From the NCBI GenBank assembly GCA_016840035.1, contig JAEOTC010000245.1, forward strand, positions 1-18,037: 18,037 nt of DNA. The letters run 5' to 3'. The notes below the pieces were generated by a model that ran no database searches, was not told the DNA's origin, and saw only the letters and a list, made by a program, of their open reading frames with translations. How positions within the stretch are numbered: position 1 is the stretch's first letter; each line of letters begins with the position of its first letter. Source of the stretch: Candidatus Hodarchaeota archaeon (lineage in GTDB: Archaea; Asgardarchaeota; Heimdallarchaeia; Hodarchaeales; Hodarchaeaceae). Positions 1 to 8,329 of this stretch are shown one piece after another. The translations under genes were made by a program, and so were the position numbers.

Positions 1-111
1 AATAATCCTTCGTAATTCGAGAATTGGAACTTCCAAAACCCCTAAAATTGTCGCTACCACACGTCCAATTTGGGGATAAGATAGAAGGTGTTTAATTTTG
101 GCATTGAACAT
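1..111 (-). CDS. 5' end of a hypothetical protein running off the left edge (partial)
   Basis: The minus frame is open from ATG 111 (or TTG 135) to base 1: MFNAKIKHLLSYPQIGRVVATILGVLEVPILELRRII. It is divergent from the EamA gene and too short to assign a function. Confidence 0.35.
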   Translation of the reverse strand, partial: MFNAKIKHLLSYPQIGRVVATILGVLEVPILELRRII

Positions 112-210
112 AATTAGAATTTCCAGGCTTTTCAATAGAATTAGTGAGAGTGAAGTGGACTAAAAGGAACCTTTCTAAAAAACCTTAGTGGTCTGTTGAG
201 CTGATATATT

Positions 211-1146
211 TTGGCAAGTAATGAATTATTCGGGCTTCTTTTAGCCTTTAGTGCCGCCTGTTGTTGGGGTTTTACTGGTGTACTCTATAAAGCCGTCATA
301 AGGGCGGAATATTCTTTATTTCTAACTATGGTATTCCGAGGATTAATTGCAGTACCATTTTTAGCTTTTGTAACTCACTTTACGACTGGTTTTGATGCAT
401 TCTCTATTTTATTTCAGCCCGACGTTTTTCCTATTCTTATACTTTCAAGTTTTTTCGTTACCTTTGGAGATTGGTTTTTTTTCGCATCCTTAAAGAGGAT
501 AGATGTCTCAAAATCGCAACCTGTAGCTGGGATATATCCATTATTCACAATATTGTTACTTATTTCATTTGGTATGGAAGAAGTATCTCTAGTAGTAATT
601 GTAGCAACATTGATATTGATAATAGGAATAGGACTTGTATCACAACAAGAATCTTCCTCATTGAATCCATCGCTTTCAGAAAATAAAATAATTCGTGAAG
701 GACTACTATTATCGATTCTTGCAGCGGTTTTTTGGAGTTTTGGGATCCTATCGTTAGATTATTTACTTGAGATTCCAGGAGTTGACGTTTTTTCCTTAGC
801 AACTATACGTTTTAGCATCTTAACACTTATAATGGCTCTAGCTTGGTTGTTTTTTGATAAATTATCCTTATTTTTTCCTGTGAATACATTCTCTAAAACA
901 TCAATTCAAAGCAAGGATATTTTTATTTTTGGTCTTACTGGAATCCTTAGCTGGGGTGTAGGAGGAGTAGCGTTTTTTAAATCAATAGAATTAATCGATG
1001 CATCACGAGCCACTCCTATTTCCTCAATTAATCCAGTAATTGCAATCATATTGGGAATTATCTTTCTTAAAGAGAAATTTTCTTCAATACAAGCAATTGG
1101 AATCCTACTTGTTTGTATTGGAACAATAGCAATCTCAGTATTGTGA
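211..1146 (+). CDS. DMT/EamA-family transporter
   Basis: 311 aa, TTG start, about 10 hydrophobic segments in two repeats. Both halves carry EamA motifs (AACCWG / AAVFWSFG; ALKRI-like SLKRIDVSK / SIELIDASRATPISSINPVIAIILGIIFLKEKF). Confidence 0.9.
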   Translation: MASNELFGLLLAFSAACCWGFTGVLYKAVIRAEYSLFLTMVFRGLIAVPFLAFVTHFTTGFDAFSILFQPDVFPILILSSFFVTFGDWFFFASLKRIDVSKSQPVAGIYPLFTILLLISFGMEEVSLVVIVATLILIIGIGLVSQQESSSLNPSLSENKIIREGLLLSILAAVFWSFGILSLDYLLEIPGVDVFSLATIRFSILTLIMALAWLFFDKLSLFFPVNTFSKTSIQSKDIFIFGLTGILSWGVGGVAFFKSIELIDASRATPISSINPVIAIILGIIFLKEKFSSIQAIGILLVCIGTIAISVL

Positions 1147-1151
1147 GGTTA

Positions 1152-1661
1152 CTAGGAACTTTCTTTTTCACTTATGATAAAACCTATCTCTTCAGCCCAG
1201 CTACGAATTACCTTCCAGTCTCTGTTATCCCCACGATCAGCGAAATTCCCTACGTAACGGCCCCCTAGGGCCTTTCTTGAAGTAAACTGCAAATTAAATT
1301 TTTCTAAAGTATTATCAATCCATTTCTTTTGGAGTTGTTCGTACTTTTCTATATCATTTGCCTTAAAAGCATCACCTGCACCACCAGATGATACAAAGAC
1401 AAAGAGCTTCTTTTCAGCTAATGTATTTCTTTTCTTTTTTAGGAAATTCTTTCCTTCTTTTGCCCATCGGAATCTAGCGACACTTACTCCAAGTATGATG
1501 TTATCATAATTCGAAATATCAGGATTCCTGGTTTTTTTATCCTTTAAGTTGATTAAATCTACATCGATATTGAATTTTTCTTTAATTACACGTATTATTT
1601 CCATAGCTGTTTCCGTTGTGGCTCCCCATCTCGTGGCATACACTAAAACTGTATTATTCAT
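1152..1661 (-). CDS. Flavodoxin-domain protein (HemG-like flavodoxin_5 type)
   Basis: FMN phosphate loop VYATRWGATTETA, then YDNIILG, and C-terminal GDNRDWKVIRSWAEEI. The track's GTG 1670 lies inside an AGGTGA RBS, so ATG 1661 is the likelier start. Confidence 0.85.
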   Translation of the reverse strand: MNNTVLVYATRWGATTETAMEIIRVIKEKFNIDVDLINLKDKKTRNPDISNYDNIILGVSVARFRWAKEGKNFLKKKRNTLAEKKLFVFVSSGGAGDAFKANDIEKYEQLQKKWIDNTLEKFNLQFTSRKALGGRYVGNFADRGDNRDWKVIRSWAEEIGFIISEKESS

Positions 1662-1683
1662 TTGATTCACCTATTAGATATAT

Positions 1684-2160
1684 TTATAGTAATGTAAAAA
1701 TGAAAATGAGGCTCCCAATGAGAAGAGATCCACCTTCGACAATGATAACACCTGATTTTGTCCTCATTAATCCAAGACCTACCTTGGGCGAATTTCGAAA
1801 TGGGTGGAGTAATTTTCCAGTGTCATTAGGAAATGCATAAGTCATCGGAGAGACAATAAAATCGACTATCCAATGACTTAGTACAAGAAATGCGATTAAT
1901 AAACATGTAGTGTTGTTCTGGCCAAGTATTAGAAATACTATGGCAATGATAGATGACCAGATAATGGCCATAAATAGGCTATGAGACCAAGGCGCTTCAG
2001 TGACGTGATCAGAACTGGGCATATCCTCAAAACCAAGGAACATAACAACAAAGAATACTATGTCAAGAAAGTACGAACATACGATGAGAATTATTACAGG
2101 GACCTCGGGTAGGAGAAGCTTGGAAGCTAATCCTATTCCCAAATGAGCTATACCAGCCAT
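1684..2160 (-). CDS. Membrane-bound putative metal-dependent hydrolase (YdjM-like)
   Basis: Multi-TM, 158 aa, with the family's spaced His/Asp pattern: N-terminal H (GIAH), D (LDIV), SHSL and SHWIVD. Confidence 0.65.
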   Translation of the reverse strand: MAGIAHLGIGLASKLLLPEVPVIILIVCSYFLDIVFFVVMFLGFEDMPSSDHVTEAPWSHSLFMAIIWSSIIAIVFLILGQNNTTCLLIAFLVLSHWIVDFIVSPMTYAFPNDTGKLLHPFRNSPKVGLGLMRTKSGVIIVEGGSLLIGSLIFIFTLL

Positions 2161-2178
2161 ACTCTTTCAACCTACACA

Positions 2179-2916
2179 TTATACTTTAACTACAATAGTT
2201 TCAGCTAAAATATCCATTCCTCGTTGTCTATGTGTTTTTTCTGGATCAAATCGTTCTAGGATCATCCCTAGGATAACATCTATTGGCAAAAATTCTTGAA
2301 AAACAATAAGTTTGGAGAAATTCCGAATAATAGCCTGCTTCCAGGTTATTTTTATTCCCGTCTGATCCACTACGGCTAGATGAAAAAGCCTCTTCCCAAT
2401 AGTAGTCCCATATCGATATTCCAGAACGACATTGTATCCAATAAATATGACGAAGAACAGAATTGCTAACACAGAAATGAATAGGATTAATAGTATGCTT
2501 TGAAGAGAGAGGTCTATAACTTCATTTTCCCAACTTGCAAACTCAGCCATAAGTTCCTCCCAAGGCATAAATGTAAAATGTAAGATAACAAATCCTCCAC
2601 CAATTATTCCGAGTGATATTATCATTAAGGTGAAAAAGTCTACTACCCAGGCAAAGAATCTCGTTATCCAGTCAACGCGCTCATTATGCCAATTATTTCC
2701 CTGACTGACGTTCAATGCCACCTCACGAGAGGATCCAAACGCTAAAGAAGGAGATTGTTCCCCTGATTCATTTAATGCTGATTGAACATCTATTCGAAGT
2801 TCATCAAGAGCATCCTGTTTTACTTTTTTAGGATAGGGTAAGTATTTACTCACCTCATCAATATACAAATCTAGTTCAGTTTTACTAAAATTTTTACTCA
2901 TCTTGCTTCCACACAT
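2179..2916 (-). CDS. RDD-family membrane protein with N-terminal HAAS-like helical domain
   Basis: RDD motifs RFFAWVVD, GTTIGKRLFHLAVV...G.KITWKQAIIRN and RQRGMDILAETIVV. The N-terminus YIDEVSKYL...ALDELRIDV...AFGSSREVA fits the HAAS pattern. ATG overlaps the PadR stop (TAATG); alternative start ATG 2901. Confidence 0.85.
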   Translation of the reverse strand: MCGSKMSKNFSKTELDLYIDEVSKYLPYPKKVKQDALDELRIDVQSALNESGEQSPSLAFGSSREVALNVSQGNNWHNERVDWITRFFAWVVDFFTLMIISLGIIGGGFVILHFTFMPWEELMAEFASWENEVIDLSLQSILLILFISVLAILFFVIFIGYNVVLEYRYGTTIGKRLFHLAVVDQTGIKITWKQAIIRNFSKLIVFQEFLPIDVILGMILERFDPEKTHRQRGMDILAETIVVKV

Positions 2917-3269
2917 TATCGAGTATCAATCATTTCATGGATAATCACGAGAAATTCTTTCAATGAATGTTGTAAAGACTGAAGGAATTTTTTCCCATCA
3001 TCGGTTAATGAATAGATTCTTTTCCGAGAGTCTCCTTCCTTAATGCCAATAATTAACCCACTATCTTTTTCTAGACTTTTTAGAATCGGATAAATATTGG
3101 AACCTTCAATCTTGATTCTATCTTTAGTATTTTCTCTCAGCCTTTTAGAAATTTGAAAGGGGTAATCTGGGTTTTCTGCAAGAATGAAAAGAATTAAAGG
3201 TTTAGAGAAACCTTTCTTGAATTCAATTTCGAATTTTTGCATCTCTGTATCCAAATTCAATAATTTCAA
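2916..3269 (-). CDS. PadR-family winged-helix transcriptional regulator
   Basis: KKG...LILFILAENPDYPFQI...GSNIYPILKSLEKDSGLI...RKRIYSLTDDGK is the PadR signature. Start is TTG 3269 or ATG 3242. Confidence 0.92.
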   Translation of the reverse strand: MKLLNLDTEMQKFEIEFKKGFSKPLILFILAENPDYPFQISKRLRENTKDRIKIEGSNIYPILKSLEKDSGLIIGIKEGDSRKRIYSLTDDGKKFLQSLQHSLKEFLVIIHEMIDTR

Positions 3270-3279
3270 CTCTGTTTAA

Positions 3280-3306
3280 AGTCTATATATTGAGTCTATA
3301 TATAGA
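3280..3306. promoter_or_regulatory. Direct repeat and palindrome upstream of padR (candidate operator overlapping a TATA-like box)
   Basis: AGTCTATATAT occurs at 3280-3290 and 3293-3303. A perfect palindrome TCTATATATAGA lies at 3295-3306. Confidence 0.45.
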
Positions 3307-3437
3307 TTGTGGTTATGGAACTAGCCTCTCAAATCGGTAGAAATCAAGTTCAGATCAGAAACTAAATGAAAAGGGCAATCAATTTTTAAATACTTGTAGA
3401 ATTACCATTTTCAATTACTTAGGATCTAGTGTGTAAA

Positions 3438-4400
3438 ATGATTGGATGGTTTGCAAAAAGACTTGGGTCAAGACTAAATTCAAAAGTAATTAAGCTAGAA
3501 GAGGAACTATTGGAACGAGAAGATGCCATCAAATTCACTTCTGATTCACCTGAACGAATGTTATTTAATTCCAAAGACCCCTCTACCATGAGACCTCCAG
3601 TGAGATTTAGATTACTTCCTAAAATGATCCGTATCATGAATCCAATGATCAGCAATATGAATCAGTCCCTAAGAAGTCTTGATGAAAATCCAACCGATCC
3701 GAAGCGACGAGTAGATGGAGAGTTTATTGCTAAGTTGGAGGCTTATGTATATGAGATTGGAATCGATGATATTGCGTATACTACTTTGTCACGAGATTTA
3801 ATTTTCAAAGATCGAGCGGTTGTATTTGATGGTGGGGTAATCGTTCTCTCCATGGAAATGGATTATGACAAAATGGAGAAGGCACCTAGTCCTGACACAC
3901 AAAAAATGATATTAGGAACTTATAATAATCTTGGCATTCTTACCAACAAAATTACTACGTATTTAAGAGAACAAGGGTATGGAGCTCAAGCAGGCCATCC
4001 TTTAGGAGGGTTGGTAGTATATCCCCCTTTAGGCCAGATGTCAGGAATGGGCTGGCACGGATTAAATGGTATATTAATCGGCCCAAAATTTGGCCCCCGA
4101 CATCGATTAGCAGCAATTTATACGTCGATAGAAAACCTTCCTATTATTGAAGAGAATGAACATGCTTGGGTTGAGGATTATTGCTATACATGCAATCGGT
4201 GTGTCACTGCTTGTCCTGGAAACGCCATCTATGATAAACCCATCATTCATGAAAACAAATCCAGAACTTATATCGATACAAAGAAATGTATGTCTGAATT
4301 TCTGGATAATTATGGTTGTTCAATTTGTATTAAAGTTTGCGAATTCAATAGAAGCGATTATTATGAGATCAGGACACGTTTCATGAACATTAAAGAATAA
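3438..4400 (+). CDS. Reductive dehalogenase-like / epoxyqueuosine reductase superfamily protein (cobalamin, 2x[4Fe-4S])
   Basis: GMGWHGLNGILIGPKFGPRHRLAAIYT matches the RdhA/QueG core. Fe-S motifs are CYTCNRCVTACP and C-x9-CSICIKVC. No twin-arginine leader. Alternative start GTG 3429. Confidence 0.82.
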   Translation: MIGWFAKRLGSRLNSKVIKLEEELLEREDAIKFTSDSPERMLFNSKDPSTMRPPVRFRLLPKMIRIMNPMISNMNQSLRSLDENPTDPKRRVDGEFIAKLEAYVYEIGIDDIAYTTLSRDLIFKDRAVVFDGGVIVLSMEMDYDKMEKAPSPDTQKMILGTYNNLGILTNKITTYLREQGYGAQAGHPLGGLVVYPPLGQMSGMGWHGLNGILIGPKFGPRHRLAAIYTSIENLPIIEENEHAWVEDYCYTCNRCVTACPGNAIYDKPIIHENKSRTYIDTKKCMSEFLDNYGCSICIKVCEFNRSDYYEIRTRFMNIKE

Positions 4401-4423
4401 AGAAAAACGCGATAGTATCGCGC
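4401..4423. terminator. GC-rich inverted repeat between convergent genes
   Basis: CGCGATA-G-TATCGCG at 4408-4422, preceded by an A-tract that reads as a U-tract after the hairpin on the minus strand. Confidence 0.4.
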
Positions 4424-5542
4424 TTATTTAGAGGGGGTTTTAGCGATTAGGGGATATTCATCCTTAATTCCCATCTCGGCTATTGTATCATTTGGAAAGA
4501 CAGTCATTCGCGTTTGAAGGGCAACCATGTATCCATCATATTCAGTCCTTATATATCCGTCATCGAGGGGTCGACCATGAATATCAGTAAATTTTGCAAC
4601 AGGTTGTCCTTTTTTAACATAATCCCCAGGTTTCACAATAAAACGAACTATTCCTGATCGCTTAACCCGAGGATGATCAAATCGTCTCAACCGTTCTTTG
4701 GGTTTGGGAACAGGAAATTCAGTTATTTTCTCGTTAGGTCCATCGAGCATCCCAGCCCATCTTAAGACATTTCGTGTTCCTTTCACAGAACCCGAAATTA
4801 CCTCTGGTACTAAATATAGATTCTCACCCAGTTCTGCAGTAAACGCAGGGATCCGTAAGCTGTTAAAAGCGGAACCTGACACTGATCTATGCAGTTTCAT
4901 CTTTAGGTATTTGTTTGCAGGGAATTCCGCACAAACTAACATTCCAAATGATTTTACCATTTCCTCTTGTTTCTTAAGGAGATCTTCTGCTTCCTCTTTT
5001 TGGGAATCCTCATGGTAAAATAATCGATCTAAAATTGAGTAGGGTATTGAAAGGAGAGAATGATTATGAAAATCGATATGGTAATCAGCATACTGCTCAA
5101 AATAAGAATAGATCTTATTTGTGATGTGCTCGTAATGTTTCGGATATTCCTTATCTTCTTCTGTCTCTTTTTTATCCGCGAACATTCCTTCTGGAAACAG
5201 CCTATTCGGGTCTCTATCATCATATACCGCTTTATGATGATATCTCCGGAAAGCCGAGGGATTAAGAGTTGGAATTGCTACAAGAGTGCCCTTAAGTTCT
5301 TGAGCTAGCTCTTCAGTCATAAGCTCGTGAATCACCGCAATTCCAGTTAGTTCATATCCATGAACATTCGCTGTTAGGAAAAAAGTTGGTCCTTCTTTGA
5401 CCCCCTGTGCAATAATAACAGGAATTTTCTCTATTATTCCTGTGGGGAGCTCAATACCATCTATAGATCCATATGTTAATTTTCCAGGTTCGCTTTTCGC
5501 ACTTCCAATTATAATATCTTTCATTCGATCTTTCACCTTCAT
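4424..5542 (-). CDS. Succinylglutamate desuccinylase/aspartoacylase family protein (M14 zinc deacylase)
   Basis: Zn ligands HGYE (HxxE) and DFH, RDPNRLFP motif, catalytic Glu in FTAELG, and a C-terminal hybrid-motif domain GIVRFIVKPGDYVKKGQPVA. A GGAG RBS precedes the ATG. Confidence 0.9.
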   Translation of the reverse strand: MKVKDRMKDIIIGSAKSEPGKLTYGSIDGIELPTGIIEKIPVIIAQGVKEGPTFFLTANVHGYELTGIAVIHELMTEELAQELKGTLVAIPTLNPSAFRRYHHKAVYDDRDPNRLFPEGMFADKKETEEDKEYPKHYEHITNKIYSYFEQYADYHIDFHNHSLLSIPYSILDRLFYHEDSQKEEAEDLLKKQEEMVKSFGMLVCAEFPANKYLKMKLHRSVSGSAFNSLRIPAFTAELGENLYLVPEVISGSVKGTRNVLRWAGMLDGPNEKITEFPVPKPKERLRRFDHPRVKRSGIVRFIVKPGDYVKKGQPVAKFTDIHGRPLDDGYIRTEYDGYMVALQTRMTVFPNDTIAEMGIKDEYPLIAKTPSK

Positions 5543-5696
5543 ACTCCATATCTTTCTTAATCTGAAAATGATCTTTTTTCCAATTTAACAATGTTTAGTT
5601 CCAGACATTCTGTTCTTACACGCTTTTATAGGAGTTGATTACCTCCCTATTTTAACTCGATGTATGTCCAGGCTACTAATTATCTTAGGTATTTAG

Positions 5697-5719
5697 AAAG
5701 TCACAAGTTTAGTGACTTT
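5697..5719. promoter_or_regulatory. Inverted repeat, candidate transcription-factor site
   Basis: AAAGTCAC-N7-GTGACTTT in the divergent intergenic region between the M14 and MFS genes. Confidence 0.4.
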
Positions 5720-5815
5720 TCACGCATAATACTGTTGAAAAAAAATTCCTCAAGAATATATGAATGAGGACAGAAATCCCAAGGGAAATTCTAGAAAACT
5801 CAGAGGTTTAAACTA

Positions 5816-7012
5816 GTGAAATCAGTACCCCATCAGAATTTGAACATCTACACTCTTGCAATCACAAATTTTCTTTGGGGTTTCGTTAACTTTGTTTTCA
5901 TGATACAGATCCAACCATTTCTGGTTACTATTTACGAAACAGATACAGCGATTACTCAAATTCTGGGACTGATTCTCTCTATTGGTTCATTTGCAGCAGT
6001 TATTCCCTTGATCTTTGGATTTCTTTCAGATATGTATGGAAGGAAAAGAAACATAATTTTTGGCCAGTTTTTAAGCATCTTAGGACTACTTGGATTTTCT
6101 TCAGGACTCACAAATATTGTTATTTTAATGGCGAGTATAATCCTCTTCAATCTTGGAGTGGGATTATATGATGCGCCTCTTCAGGGTTTAATTTACGAAT
6201 CAGCAACAAAAAATCGGGGATTGGCTTTTTCTTTTGTTTATAATTCCTCTTACCTTGCAGGAATAACAGCGTCATTTTTACTTAGAATTGGAAATCAGGA
6301 TTTTACTCTCTTCTTTCGACTTGGTTTACTATTAATTCTAGCTAGTCTTGCGATTAATGCACTCTTACTTCAGGATATTAAAGAGAATATCGTGAAACTA
6401 GATTTCCCTCTATTAAGAATTTTAAGGAATCCAACCTCAAGATTAATAGCCCTTACATTTGCGATTGATGCTTTTATTTGGGGCTTGCCGCTGTCAATGG
6501 CCAATACAATATACATTCTTGTTTTTGATGTTGATCTTTCCTTCATTGCAGCTCTCACTCTTGTTGAGACTATTATGATGGCATTACTCGCCTATCCCGC
6601 CGGAACTATTGTTGATAAATTTGGAAGAGTCGCTGGCCTAATTATTGGAGAAATACTAGGGATAATATGGATAGTTCTAGTGTTTGTTGCATTCTCAAAT
6701 CCTGAACATGCTCCTGAGATAATTTTGTTAGCATATGCATGCCTCGGGGCGGTCGTTGCTTTTTGGCGTCCCTCGGTTACTCTAAGTTTCATTTCGGTTG
6801 ACACTGAAGCTGCTGCAACCAATTTTGGGATTCTCGCGTTTATCCAACGATTAGGACGAGTTCCTGCGGCTGGAGTGGCAGGTTTTCTCTTCATCTACCT
6901 TGGATTTCCCCCTCTTCTATTCATTACCTTCTTCGGCACGTTCATAATTATAGCAGTTTTTATTAGAATGGATAGAGCAGAAAAAGCTGCGATTATCGTT
7001 TCGGCTACCTAA
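5816..7012 (+). CDS. MFS transporter
   Basis: 398 aa, about 12 TM. MFS motif A occurs twice (GFLSDMYGRK; GTIVDKFGR). Confidence 0.92.
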   Translation: MKSVPHQNLNIYTLAITNFLWGFVNFVFMIQIQPFLVTIYETDTAITQILGLILSIGSFAAVIPLIFGFLSDMYGRKRNIIFGQFLSILGLLGFSSGLTNIVILMASIILFNLGVGLYDAPLQGLIYESATKNRGLAFSFVYNSSYLAGITASFLLRIGNQDFTLFFRLGLLLILASLAINALLLQDIKENIVKLDFPLLRILRNPTSRLIALTFAIDAFIWGLPLSMANTIYILVFDVDLSFIAALTLVETIMMALLAYPAGTIVDKFGRVAGLIIGEILGIIWIVLVFVAFSNPEHAPEIILLAYACLGAVVAFWRPSVTLSFISVDTEAAATNFGILAFIQRLGRVPAAGVAGFLFIYLGFPPLLFITFFGTFIIIAVFIRMDRAEKAAIIVSAT

Positions 7013-7072
7013 TACGATGCTTAGATTCTAAAGAATATCTAAAGTGATTCACATTTGAAAAATAATATCATA

Positions 7073-8302
7073 TTACCATACTTTTTCTAACAATCGTAAA
7101 GCGTTTTTACCAATCACTTTAGCAATTTCAGAATCGGTATAACCGTTTTTAACCATCCATCGCGTGATATTTTGGAGGCATTCGGTTGGATTTTCCATAC
7201 CTTTTACATAATCTGGTAAAGTAGATACAACTAACCCATCACCCACTCTTCCAGGCCTTGAGTAATGACCCAAACCTCCTAATTTAAACTCCTCATCCTC
7301 CATACGATATAATCCCACATGATCTCCATATAAAGTATCAGGACCACATCCTACACTGTCAATTCCTACTAAGTCAACACAATATTCCAAATGATTCATA
7401 TATGTCTCAATACTTGGAATTGGATCATCTTTTGTTGCCGTGAAACCTGGAGCAGCTTCAATCCCCATTACTCCTCCCTTTTCGGCTAACGCTTGAATAA
7501 CCTCATCAGGAAACATTCGTGCGATTGGATTCAATGCTCTGGCCCCAGCATGGGAGACAATAATGGGTTTTTTACTTGATTCTATTGTTTCTAACGCAGT
7601 TAGGTCACTTAAGTGACTTACATCAATTAATACTCCCAACTTGTTCATCCGTATAACACAATCATATCCAAAGTCAGTTAAACCCCCGTCGCGAATTTCT
7701 CCTAATCCAGTGCCCAGCATGTTTGATTCGCTGTAGTTTAACCCCATAGATCGTATCCCAAGGCCATAGAGTATATCTAATCTATCAACTTCGTTCTCAA
7801 TGCTTGAAACAGACTCAAGAACAGCAACCCAAGCAAGTTTTCCCGTTTCATAAGCTGTTCGTATGTCATCTACGGATTTACAATGAATTACAAAATCTTG
7901 ATGACCGATATCACACAAACGTTGCCCTAAATCATGAATGGTGTCGCTCCATTTCCAACCATGCTTGCTAGTGATATTACAGCTCCCATTCATTAAATTA
8001 TCAAATACAGCATCCAACCCTGATTTACTAAGTGCTTCATATGCTAAGAAATCACGACCCTCTCTTGATAACGCACGGGATTCGCTCACTTGTTCAGGCA
8101 TTTTAGTAGGATGTTCATGTAAATCGATTACTATGTTTTTTTCAAAAATCTCTTCAACTCTTTCCTCTTCAGTTTTTGAGAGTGGAACTAAGTATGCCCA
8201 ATCCTTCCTTATTGGTTCTCGGAGGTTAAAGGTTCTGTAATCCACTCCAGGAGTTAAGTACTGGTATGCTTTGTATCCCCCATATTTTTTGTTGCTACCC
8301 AT
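7073..8302 (-). CDS. Membrane dipeptidase family protein (peptidase M19, amidohydrolase fold), cytoplasmic
   Basis: IDLHEHP, GIRSMGLNY, DGGLTDFG...MNKLGVLIDVSH, VSHAG, GGVMGI, VGIDSVGCGPD and IAKVIGKNALR. No signal peptide. Confidence 0.92.
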   Translation of the reverse strand: MGSNKKYGGYKAYQYLTPGVDYRTFNLREPIRKDWAYLVPLSKTEEERVEEIFEKNIVIDLHEHPTKMPEQVSESRALSREGRDFLAYEALSKSGLDAVFDNLMNGSCNITSKHGWKWSDTIHDLGQRLCDIGHQDFVIHCKSVDDIRTAYETGKLAWVAVLESVSSIENEVDRLDILYGLGIRSMGLNYSESNMLGTGLGEIRDGGLTDFGYDCVIRMNKLGVLIDVSHLSDLTALETIESSKKPIIVSHAGARALNPIARMFPDEVIQALAEKGGVMGIEAAPGFTATKDDPIPSIETYMNHLEYCVDLVGIDSVGCGPDTLYGDHVGLYRMEDEEFKLGGLGHYSRPGRVGDGLVVSTLPDYVKGMENPTECLQNITRWMVKNGYTDSEIAKVIGKNALRLLEKVW

Positions 8303-8329
8303 TTTTATTCATTCCAAAAGTTCTAGGAT

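Noticed and set aside
1152-4400. Assigning gene symbols hemG, queG or rdhA
   Set aside because: Family-level motifs are clear, but orthology and activity cannot be established from the sequence, and there is no supporting pathway context.
7021-7042. Imperfect inverted repeat between the convergent MFS and dipeptidase genes
   Set aside because: AT-rich, bulged and weak.
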